Assembly (NCBI GenBank): GCA_039815185.1
Contig: JBCBZT010000023.1
Coordinates: 1 to 64,000, forward strand
Direction of reading: 5' to 3'
From: Cyanobacteria bacterium P01_A01_bin.123
Lineage (GTDB): Bacteria > Cyanobacteriota > Cyanobacteriia > Phormidesmidales > Phormidesmidaceae
DNA length: 64,000 nucleotides
The translations under genes were made by a program, and so were the position numbers. The notes below the pieces were generated by a model. That model ran no database searches and had not been told where the DNA came from. It saw only the letters and a list, made by a program, of their open reading frames with translations. Shown piece after piece: positions 10,426 to 18,824 of this stretch (the first letter of the stretch is position 1; each line of letters starts with the position of its first letter).

Positions 10426-10955
10426 AGGGGCAACTAATGATAGTGATCCAAGAGAATATCCAGCTAGATCTGCCTAGACGCTTCTAGGAACATCTAAATA
10501 TCTTCAATGCTTGATAAGAATTGACAGGATAATCTGACTTCGGAAATGTTTGTCATCCTTGCTGCAAAAACTTTTCGCTTCCGAGTTCTAGAGGGGATGA
10601 AACGGTTGTCCCATAAGGCTTATGGTCTTCTATAGCGAGTTGCTTCTTTGAAATAGCGCTGGAGCCAATTGAATAAAATTTTTATGAAGAAAATTCTGAC
10701 AAATATAAAGTAGCCCATGTCAACTGCGAAGCGACCCTATCGAATATCCCTTTGTTCGGACTAACTCCCAATCTTTGCCGGGTAATCTGTGAATTCTGAA
10801 AGACACCGATCTGAGCCGATTGCCATCCATATATCCTACTGTGAGAAAACCTGAGCGGATATCAACCGACTGAGGAAATGTTAACTGATGTTGTCCAATG
10901 AGCATGCAGTCTGATAATTCGTATATCTGACTTCTTATCTCATATATCTGACTCC

Positions 10956-11381
10956 CTAGAGGTCGATGGGAGTAGGCCCAGGTACACTGACTAAAATATT
11001 GCCAATAAACGTATTTTCTCTCAAAGCGATTGTATGACGGGCATTCAAAATAACTGTGCCAGATTCTGTCTCAACTATATCGAGGATAATAAGCTCTTCA
11101 TTGGAGCTAGAAGTATCCAGGTTGATTCTAATCTGTTGTCTTACATTGGGGACTGATATCGTCTGAGTTGAGGAAATAGGCGTTTGAGAATTCTCGCGGT
11201 CAGAATAGTTAGTATCAAAAGCAGACTGCGTGACTTCTTCAGAATGTATCTGTGGGGGAATTATGCTCCCTAGAATGGCAATGCCTAATATAGCTTTCAC
11301 CAACCATCTGGTTGAGGAATTTTGGGTTGATGCACTTCTAGTACACATATGTTTCAGAGTGGAAATTGAACTGACTGACAC
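10956..11381 (-). CDS. Hypothetical protein, possibly secreted
   Basis: 141-aa ORF with one hydrophobic segment; start uncertain. Confidence 0.45.
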   Translation of the reverse strand: MSVSSISTLKHMCTRSASTQNSSTRWLVKAILGIAILGSIIPPQIHSEEVTQSAFDTNYSDRENSQTPISSTQTISVPNVRQQIRINLDTSSSNEELIILDIVETESGTVILNARHTIALRENTFIGNILVSVPGPTPIDL

Positions 11382-11493
11382 ACCTTTTGCCTAAGCTATT
11401 AAATTGATTTGACGAATTAGATGTGTCAATCAGTCTGAGAGTTTAGTGTCTTAACTTGATTTCCTGCGAGAGAAGAGACTCAGCTACAGCGTG

Positions 11494-11937
11494 CTAATTT
11501 CTATCGCGAGGAAGCTCTCCTTCAATTTGTGCTCGCTGTTCTGGTGTTAACACGGCCATGATTTCATCCTGAGTAGTTCGCATCAAAGTCATTACCTCTG
11601 AACGCTGATTGCTGTCTAGAGACATGAATACGCTGCGCATATTGCCACCGTTGGCTTGAGCGTCCTCAAGGGCTGCCAATTGGTCAAACGTCAAAATCTC
11701 GGCCATTTGTTCAGACATGCCAGCTTGAATGGTGTCAATTTCTTCTTCCTGTTCTGGAGTTAGATCGAGCTCCTCAATTTTGTCCATGTTTCCGCCGCCC
11801 ATTTGTTTGGTCATTGAGATGTGACCTTCAGTGGCTTTTTGGGCTGAAATTGGGGCGTGGTGTTGGGCTAGGGCTACACTTGCTAATGCCATGACACCAA
11901 CAACACCTGAGAGCAACAAACTAAGTTGACGCTTCAT
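11494..11937 (-). CDS. Spy/CpxP-like periplasmic protein (LTxxQ motifs)
   Basis: Signal peptide, LDLTPEQ, ILTFDQ and VLTPEQR repeats; GGAG RBS before ATG 11937. Confidence 0.82.
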   Translation of the reverse strand: MKRQLSLLLSGVVGVMALASVALAQHHAPISAQKATEGHISMTKQMGGGNMDKIEELDLTPEQEEEIDTIQAGMSEQMAEILTFDQLAALEDAQANGGNMRSVFMSLDSNQRSEVMTLMRTTQDEIMAVLTPEQRAQIEGELPRDRN

Positions 11938-12014
11938 AATATTCTCCGTTTGTTTTATCAACAACTCAGAAAAATGAGTTGTTTTAAATATAGTCTGAGT
12001 TATTAAAAATGACC

Positions 12015-12031
12015 TGAGACAAAAGTCCCTA
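12015..12031 (-). promoter_or_regulatory. Putative NarL/LuxR-type binding box upstream of the Spy/CpxP-like gene
   Basis: Imperfect palindrome GAGAC-AAAA-GTCCC overlapping the luxR stop; a second IR AACAACTCA-N6-TGAGTTGTT lies at 11960-11983. Confidence 0.4.
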
Positions 12032-12382
12032 AAAAGGCTGATTATTAGTATTTATTTGACTATTACTTCTAGCAATAATGGCTGCTTGGGTTCGATTTTT
12101 GATTTCGAGCTTTTTAAAGATTCTAGTGATGTGGTTTTTAACCGTTTTCTCGGCAATAAAGAGCTGCTTTCCAATTTCTTGATTGCTCCCTCCCTGAGCG
12201 ATGAGCTGAAGGACTTCAATTTCGCGCGATGATAGCTGAGATAATTGCTTGTCTACTGGAATGTTTTCTTTGTTGTCTGCATCGCGATCGCTTCTAGCCC
12301 CGCTTTCAGTTTTTTTGTCGTGATTTAATCGATCATCACTGAGTAACTTTGGAACGATTGGGTGGGTGATTAGGCTATCCAT
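12029..12382 (-). CDS. LuxR/NarL C-terminal HTH protein with no receiver domain (possibly truncated)
   Basis: LSSREIEVLQLIAQGGSNQEIGKQLFIAEKTVKNHITRIFKKL...RTQAA. Confidence 0.85.
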   Translation of the reverse strand: MDSLITHPIVPKLLSDDRLNHDKKTESGARSDRDADNKENIPVDKQLSQLSSREIEVLQLIAQGGSNQEIGKQLFIAEKTVKNHITRIFKKLEIKNRTQAAIIARSNSQINTNNQPF

Positions 12383-13033
12383 CTGAGACTATCCTTGATA
12401 TACGCGATATACGCTGTGAATCGCTTAACTTAAATCAAGCATCCTAATGTGATACGACAAGCAGCCTTGGATATTGAGTTGTAAGACAAACTAGAGTGCT
12501 TCAGATCGCAACTTGCTGTTTTATCCCCAATAAATTTGCGACTGGGCATAGGCCATTTTTCTGATGCACTCCTCTGCCACTGCTAGGGTTGTGTGCAAAT
12601 GTCTCAGTATCATCACCGTTCTGACCTTAGAGGAGGCCGTGGCGTCAATAGGTGCAGGTGATAGTGCGGTCGATTTCATAGAATTTCAAGTTGATGAGCA
12701 CGTCTACAGGTTATTCGTGAGTGACTGCTTACTTATTAATAGCAAATATTTCTATTCCGTCAAGCCCATGGCTAAAGTTGTGAGGTTAGGATCGATTTGG
12801 CCGCAGGCAACCCGATTCGCTTAATTGTGGATGTGGAGTTAAAGTCGCTATGGCTAGCATAATGAATGATCCGTGCCGTTGTGCTCCCATCCATTTTCTG
12901 GCTCAGCGGTTCAGCCATACTAGGGATCTTACACAATGTGGGCAACGGTATAAAATAGGACTACAAAATAGGACTTTTAGAGCTTGACAATTTTGAATTC
13001 CATCATTGGCAGATCAATAATCATTCACTGAAC

Positions 13034-13609
13034 ATGGCCAGAACACGTACGATTACCGATGAACAAATCTTGAAGGCGGCTCAAGCTATTTTTCTTGAAA
13101 AAGGATTTGGTGCCTCCACCCTCGAGATTGCGAAACGGGCTGGTGTTTCTGAGGGGTCTATTTTCAAGCGCTTCAATACTAAAGAAAATCTGTTTTTGAT
13201 AGCCATGGGCGTGCCTACCATGCCCCCTTGGATCCCTTTTCTGGAGGCTGTTGTGGGGCAAGGAGACTTAAAAGGGAATCTCAAGATTCTGGCGTCTAAG
13301 GTGTTTGAGTTTTTCCGAGAGAATCTGCCCAAAATGCAAATGATCCTGTCTAATCAAGGGCTAGCGCAAACTTTAGGGCAATCTGACCAATCCCCACCAG
13401 TGCGCAACCTCAAAGCATTAACCCAATTTTTTAGTCAGGAGGTGGCTTTAGGCCGCATGCAGACTGACAATCCTCGAACACTGGCCATGATGTTTATGGG
13501 GAGTATGATGCAGTATATTTTTCTCAAACAGATGTCGGCAAAGTTGCCCGAGCAAGAGGAATATGTGAACTCTATGGTTGAAATCCTTTGGCAAAGCATC
13601 CGACCTTGA
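13034..13609 (+). CDS. TetR/AcrR family regulator
   Basis: ILKAAQAIFLEKGFGASTLEIAKRAGVSEGSIFKRF; TTGACA at 12984. Confidence 0.93.
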   Translation: MARTRTITDEQILKAAQAIFLEKGFGASTLEIAKRAGVSEGSIFKRFNTKENLFLIAMGVPTMPPWIPFLEAVVGQGDLKGNLKILASKVFEFFRENLPKMQMILSNQGLAQTLGQSDQSPPVRNLKALTQFFSQEVALGRMQTDNPRTLAMMFMGSMMQYIFLKQMSAKLPEQEEYVNSMVEILWQSIRP

Positions 13610-13792
13610 ATGCGTAGTCGGTTGAGGGGGCAAACCATTATCTGCCCAAATTAGATGAAAGGCGTGCCCTAAGTAGGGAAGATGGGACTAGCGGATTCTG
13701 TCTGGAATCCGGAGTGATGAATTCGTTTAAATTTTTGTCGATGCCTCTGCCTAGCAAACTGTGGCAAAGACTGGTGTTACACGGATTAATTG

Positions 13793-14821
13793 TTAAATGC
13801 TAATCACCACTTTCCCTCGCACCTGCCGCTGTTCGACATGGCGAATTGCTGCGGAGACTTCACTCAACTTGAAGCTGCGGTCAATGAAGGGTTTGATTTT
13901 GCCTGCTTCGATCAGATCCTTCACGGTGATCAAATCAGCTTGATTGGGTTGCATCGCTAGGCATTTCACGTTTAGGCGACGGATCTTGGCAATCCATGGG
14001 CCAAGCAACATAGCCTGGAAGAATGGAGCCGTAGCACCACCAACCACAACGTAGGTTCCCCCTGGGTTTAAGGCAGACAGATAATCAAAAAACGAACGAT
14101 AAGCGGCAGCATCAATGATTAGGTCATATTGCTGCTCCGTTTGATTGATATCGGTTTGAGTGTAATCAATGACGTGATCTGCGCCGAGCGATCGCACCAT
14201 GTCTACTTTCCGCGTACTGCATACGCCCGTTACTTTAGCGCCCAATGCCTTAGCAATTTGCACTGCAAAGGAACCCACGCCCCCAGACGCCCCATTAATC
14301 AACACCGTTTGCCTAGGCTGAATCTGCCCAAAATTACGTAGGGCTTGCAAGGCAGCAACAGCTGCAGCAGGAACGGTAGCGGCTTCCTCAAAGGTCAGGG
14401 TAGCAGGCTTCAGCACCAACGCTTCTTCTGTGGCACAGACGTACTCGGCAAATGTACCAAAGCCACATTCAGATAAATCACCAAAGACTTGATCACCAGG
14501 CTGAAACTGGGTGACGTCTTTGCCAACTGCTTCAACCTGTCCCGCCACATCAGCACCAAGGGTTTGGATTATAGGCTTTCTTAACCCACCAAACATGAGG
14601 CGGATGAGGAATGGGGTTCCTCGCATGAGATGCCAGTCGCTTGCATTGACGGACGCGGCGTGAACCCGCACGAGCACCTCGTTGTCTTGTGGTAAAGGCT
14701 GATCGATTTCCGCCAACTTCAAGACATCCGTTGAGCCATATTCGGATTGGACGATTGCGTTCATCTTGCGGCTATTTTTGTGTTTTGTTTGGGTGAGATC
14801 AAGACTATTCAAGGCTGTCAT
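13793..14821 (-). CDS. NAD(P)-dependent MDR-family oxidoreductase (quinone reductase/alcohol dehydrogenase-like)
   Basis: VHAASVN, GADVAG, INGASGGVG, GKVVI. Confidence 0.92.
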   Translation of the reverse strand: MTALNSLDLTQTKHKNSRKMNAIVQSEYGSTDVLKLAEIDQPLPQDNEVLVRVHAASVNASDWHLMRGTPFLIRLMFGGLRKPIIQTLGADVAGQVEAVGKDVTQFQPGDQVFGDLSECGFGTFAEYVCATEEALVLKPATLTFEEAATVPAAAVAALQALRNFGQIQPRQTVLINGASGGVGSFAVQIAKALGAKVTGVCSTRKVDMVRSLGADHVIDYTQTDINQTEQQYDLIIDAAAYRSFFDYLSALNPGGTYVVVGGATAPFFQAMLLGPWIAKIRRLNVKCLAMQPNQADLITVKDLIEAGKIKPFIDRSFKLSEVSAAIRHVEQRQVRGKVVISI

Positions 14822-14881
14822 GACTTTTTCTCCGATTGGGGAAGCTTGGCCCAGAAGTGAGCCAAACTTTTATGGTGTAGA

Positions 14882-14965
14882 CTTACACTGTAAGCTTAAC
14901 TTACAGTGTAAGCATGTCAAGATGTGCATCGAATCAAAATTCGAAAACCAGGCTTACGGTGTAAG
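14882..14965. promoter_or_regulatory. Three palindromic operators CTTAC-N3-GTAAG in the divergent promoter (14882-14894, 14900-14912, 14953-14965)
   Basis: CTTACACTGTAAG, CTTACAGTGTAAG and CTTACGGTGTAAG read directly, between the divergent MDR and TetR genes. Confidence 0.85.
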
Positions 14966-14990
14966 TTCTGAGCGATATGAAGAAAGATAA

Positions 14991-15659
14991 ATGGCGAAGA
15001 CAAGCAATCCAGGTATAACGCCGCCTGCCCCATTGAGTCGAGAACGGGTTCTGCGCTCTGCGCTCTGCCTGGCTGATGAAGGTGGCATTGAGGCGCTCTC
15101 GATGCGGAAGCTGGCCCAGGTGCTGGGCGTCAAGGCGATGTCGCTATACAACCATGTGGCCAACAAAGACGACATCTTGGATGGCATCGTCGATATTGTC
15201 GTGAGCGAAATTGAGGTGCCCAGTCTTGAAGCGGACTGGAAGACGGCTATGCGACGGCGGGCTAACTCGGCCCATGGGGCTTTGCTGCGCCACCCCTGGG
15301 TGACGATGGCGCTGGTGTCACGGGTGAATGTGGGGCCAGCGATGTTGCGCTACGTCGACGCGACACTTGGATGCCTTCGGGAAGCGGGCTTTTCGTTCGA
15401 GATGGCCGATCATGCGTGGAACGCCATTGACAGTCACATTTATGGGTTTACACTCCAGGAGTTGAACTTTCCCTTTGAGGCGGCGGAATATGCAGATGTG
15501 GGGAAGAGTTTCGTGTCAAAAATTCCCGCTGACAAGTACCCCTACCTCAATGGGCTTACACATCACCTGATAGAGGGCCATTACGATGGCCTGCATGACT
15601 TCGAGTTTGAGCTTGAGCTAATCCTTGATGGCCTTGATAGATTTCGAGATAATCTTTAG
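14991..15659 (+). CDS. TetR family regulator with TetR_C-type domain
   Basis: LSRERVL...ALSMRKLAQVLGVKAMSLYNHVANKDDIL; FEFELELILDGL. Confidence 0.93.
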   Translation: MAKTSNPGITPPAPLSRERVLRSALCLADEGGIEALSMRKLAQVLGVKAMSLYNHVANKDDILDGIVDIVVSEIEVPSLEADWKTAMRRRANSAHGALLRHPWVTMALVSRVNVGPAMLRYVDATLGCLREAGFSFEMADHAWNAIDSHIYGFTLQELNFPFEAAEYADVGKSFVSKIPADKYPYLNGLTHHLIEGHYDGLHDFEFELELILDGLDRFRDNL

Positions 15660-15758
15660 AGCAAAATCTGTTATTCCCCGCCGTCTTCCCTTGCTTCTCT
15701 GTCATGGTTATTAACTATTGACTATTCACTTAGACCCCGAGTTGCCCGTTCTCTGCTT

Positions 15759-16319
15759 CTACTGCATGGACTGGCGCTGAGTCACATCTCGCAACGACCA
15801 GAGAATGGTGATGACTTTACTCCGGGGATCTTTGAGGTGGGTGGTGGCGATCGCGACTGTCACCGGCTCTGCCTGGCGAGGGGTGAGGGTAACTTGCCAG
15901 TTCTGGGTCGGGTTAGGATCCATCAACCGTTGTTGAAATTGAAGGCGATTGGGTTTGTCAATCCACACCATCAGGGGTTTGCCCACGAGACTCTCTTGGG
16001 GGATTGAAAATAAGGCTGCCGCTGCTCGATTGGCGTGGTGGATCTTACCCGTCTTGTCGGTCACCAGATAGCTGTCTGGGGCGAGTTCAAACAGAGTGCG
16101 ATAGCGCTGCCGTTCTAGGTCAACTTCGTGACGAGTGGCAGCCAACTCCTGATTTTGCTGGTGCAGTTCTTCATCAGCGGTTTGCAGTTCTTCAAGTACG
16201 AAATACAGCTCTTTAAGAGCGGCTTCGAGCAACTCTTTTTGAAGGGGGACAGTGGTGGCTCGTTGACGCAGCAACAAGGCGCGTTGGTAGACCGCTTCGA
16301 TTTGTTGAGAAATGCTCAT
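15759..16319 (-). CDS. Coiled-coil plus PAS domain protein with no output domain
   Basis: EELQTADEEL coil, RYRTLFELAPDSYLVTD, ANRAA, C-terminal LRDVTQR. Confidence 0.85.
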   Translation of the reverse strand: MSISQQIEAVYQRALLLRQRATTVPLQKELLEAALKELYFVLEELQTADEELHQQNQELAATRHEVDLERQRYRTLFELAPDSYLVTDKTGKIHHANRAAAALFSIPQESLVGKPLMVWIDKPNRLQFQQRLMDPNPTQNWQVTLTPRQAEPVTVAIATTHLKDPRSKVITILWSLRDVTQRQSMQ

Positions 16320-16786
16320 AAACCGGCTGTCTCCATTGCTAGATCAGGAAGTCAGCAACGCATTCGCCAGCCACCTAAGTTTTCTAATTTCTATTTCTAG
16401 TTTTCCAGAAACAACTGATTTTCTCTCAATCAATAGTCAAAAATTAAACATCTGACGTCAACAAATATCGCAACTGACCGACGCATCAATCCTGGTCTCG
16501 GGTTTGGCTCATTCAATATGGCTAGGCTTATTCTCAAAGGGTATGAGACGATGATCTACGAAAGAAATTGCTCTTGCATGACTCTCGCCAGAGGAAACCT
16601 GAAACGCCCATTCCTCGTGGCTACACAACATAAATCCTCTGAATTAAAATACTGAAATAGACAAAAAAGGGGCGACTTTTTATTCTCTGGCGACTTTAAC
16701 TAAAGAGCGATACCTAAAAGTTAGGCCAGCGTGCCCGGTGGTGCTGACAATACGACATCACGCTAGCGTAAAGATCAGTGACCTTT

Positions 16787-18664
16787 TCAGGTCGATAATA
16801 GTCTCATGACTTCCGTTGTTGGCAGGGGTGGGCTGAACCAATATCCTTGGATATGATTACAGCCCATGGTTTGTAGATCGACAGCTTGGGCTTTGGTCTC
16901 CACGCCTTCGGCAACAACCTCTAAATTTAAGCCTGCGGCCAGGGTTATAATCGCTGAAACAATGGCCTGACTTTGACTATTGGTGTTCAGATCGGCAATA
17001 AAAGATCGATCGACTTTGAGCTTATGTAGAGGCAACTGCTTGAGCAACTGTAAAGACGAATAGCCTGTCCCAAAATCGTCGAGGCTGATCTTCACCCCCA
17101 GCTGTATTAGGTTGTCCATTACCGTTTGGCTATGCTGAAGCTGTTGGATAGCAGCAGTTTCTGTGATTTCCAGCTCTAATAAGGCAGGATTGTAGCCTAA
17201 GTCTTGCAAGATTTGATAGATGCGTTCTACTAAATTAGCCTGATGCAGCTGTTTGGCCGACAGGTTGATCGCCAATGTGAGATTGGGAAATCCAGTCGCC
17301 TGAAACCGTTGCACCTGATGCATGCCTTCTCGCAGTACCCATTCCCCAATGGCTACAATCTGCCCATTTCCCTCCGCTAGTGACAGAAAGCATCCTGGCA
17401 GGAGCAGTCCTCGGCGAGGATGTTGCCACCGCAATAATGCTTCTACGGCAATGATCTGGCCTGTAGCGTAGTCAATTTGAGGTTGAAAATAAAGGCTCAA
17501 TTCGTGGTTATCTATTGCCTTATACAGCTCATATTCCAACCTTAAGTTTTCGGCAGTGTGTTTGTTGAGACTAGCCTGATAAAAGCGATAGGTGCGCCCC
17601 CCCTCGTTTTTAGCCCGGTAAAGGGCCTGGTCGGCGTGGCGCAGCAGGATTTCGCGATCGCGCCCATCTTGGGGAAAAAATGCCACCCCAATGCTAGTAC
17701 TGACGTGCAATTCATGGTGATGGATGAGAAAGCTTGGCTGGAGGCTATCTAAAATCCGATCGCAGGTGTGTGCCATTGCCGTAGCCTCGACCGCAGAGGA
17801 CAAGACCAGAACAAATTCATCGCCGCCCCAGCGCACCAGCAGGTCTTCTGCACGGAGACAACTTGCTAAGCGCTGAGCGGTCTGTTGCAGCAGCAGATCA
17901 CCCACGTCATGGCCCAGCGTGTCATTGATCACCTTAAATCGGTCGAGATCTAAAAACACGATTCCCACCTTTGTGTCGTGGCGTTCTGCCTGGGCTAGTG
18001 CCTTGGCAAGATAGGTTTTGAAAAAAGCTCGATTGGGTAGCCCGGTAAGCTGATCGTAAAAGGCTTGATAGTAAATCTTGGCCTCTGCCTGCTTCCGTTG
18101 GGTAATGTCTCGAATCAGCCAGCGCAGAGAAGTGACCGTGCCGTCACCCTGGCGACCACAGGACAGGGTAATGGCAACATCCATAGTTGAGACTTGGCGG
18201 GAGCAGAGCTGGGTGTCCCAAGTCTGGACAGGCAGGGGATTAGTAGCGTTGATCCGGTGGAGGTTTGTCAAAGTGGAATAAAAGGCCAAGTGGTCTTTTT
18301 CTGGGAAAAATAGCACCAGGGGTTTCCCGATTAAACTCTCCTGAGAAACCTTAAGCATGTCTGCGATCGCCACATTTGCTTCTTGAATCACGCCTCGGGT
18401 ATCGCTCACCAGGTACCCATCTGGGGCCAGGTTAAACAGCTCTTGATAGCGTTGGCGTTCTGTTTCTAGCTTTTGGTGGTAATTGATTAATGTCTGGTTT
18501 TTCTGCACTAGCTCTTCTTGGGCAGTCTGCAATTCTTCGAGGACAAAGTTAAGGTCTTTTAGGGCTGCTGTCATCAGGTCTGGCTGAACCGGAGATTCGT
18601 TGGCTCGCTGGTGTAAGCGAAATGCTCTCTGATGCACCGTATCTATATGTTTTGATAGATCCAT
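16787..18664 (-). CDS. Coiled-coil-PAS-GGDEF-EAL diguanylate cyclase/phosphodiesterase
   Basis: DQLTGLPNR, DLDRFK, RWGGDEF, EALLRW, EITET, DDFGTGYSS, AEGVE all intact. Confidence 0.95.
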   Translation of the reverse strand: MDLSKHIDTVHQRAFRLHQRANESPVQPDLMTAALKDLNFVLEELQTAQEELVQKNQTLINYHQKLETERQRYQELFNLAPDGYLVSDTRGVIQEANVAIADMLKVSQESLIGKPLVLFFPEKDHLAFYSTLTNLHRINATNPLPVQTWDTQLCSRQVSTMDVAITLSCGRQGDGTVTSLRWLIRDITQRKQAEAKIYYQAFYDQLTGLPNRAFFKTYLAKALAQAERHDTKVGIVFLDLDRFKVINDTLGHDVGDLLLQQTAQRLASCLRAEDLLVRWGGDEFVLVLSSAVEATAMAHTCDRILDSLQPSFLIHHHELHVSTSIGVAFFPQDGRDREILLRHADQALYRAKNEGGRTYRFYQASLNKHTAENLRLEYELYKAIDNHELSLYFQPQIDYATGQIIAVEALLRWQHPRRGLLLPGCFLSLAEGNGQIVAIGEWVLREGMHQVQRFQATGFPNLTLAINLSAKQLHQANLVERIYQILQDLGYNPALLELEITETAAIQQLQHSQTVMDNLIQLGVKISLDDFGTGYSSLQLLKQLPLHKLKVDRSFIADLNTNSQSQAIVSAIITLAAGLNLEVVAEGVETKAQAVDLQTMGCNHIQGYWFSPPLPTTEVMRLLST

Positions 18665-18683
18665 GGGTTAGTTTCCTGACTAT

Positions 18684-18713
18684 CAAGAAAAGATTGGGCA
18701 AGAAAAGATTGGG
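18684..18713. repeat. 15-bp perfect tandem duplication
   Basis: CAAGAAAAGATTGGG x2. Confidence 0.8.
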
Positions 18714-18728
18714 GGCGATTGCCAACGA

Positions 18729-18824
18729 CTATTCCGTGGATTGATGCTGGGCCATGTCCCGCAGCGACCAGAGGATGGTCGTAGTTTTACTGCGGGGATC
18801 TTTGAGATGTGTGGTGGCGATCGC
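18729..18824 (-). pseudogene. 3' remnant of a paralogue of the 15759-16319 PAS gene
   Basis: 96-bp ungapped match to 15759-15854 (75/96 identical by hand count); translates AIATTHLKDPRSKTTTILWSLRDMAQHQSTE* versus AIATTHLKDPRSKVITILWSLRDVTQRQSMQ*. Confidence 0.85.

Noticed and set aside
12952..12975. Direct repeat AAAATAGGACT x2 (also GATATACGC x2 near 12400 and TATATCTGACT x2 near 10920-10955)
   Set aside because: Only two short copies each; they could be binding sites or slippage products, and no function can be supported.
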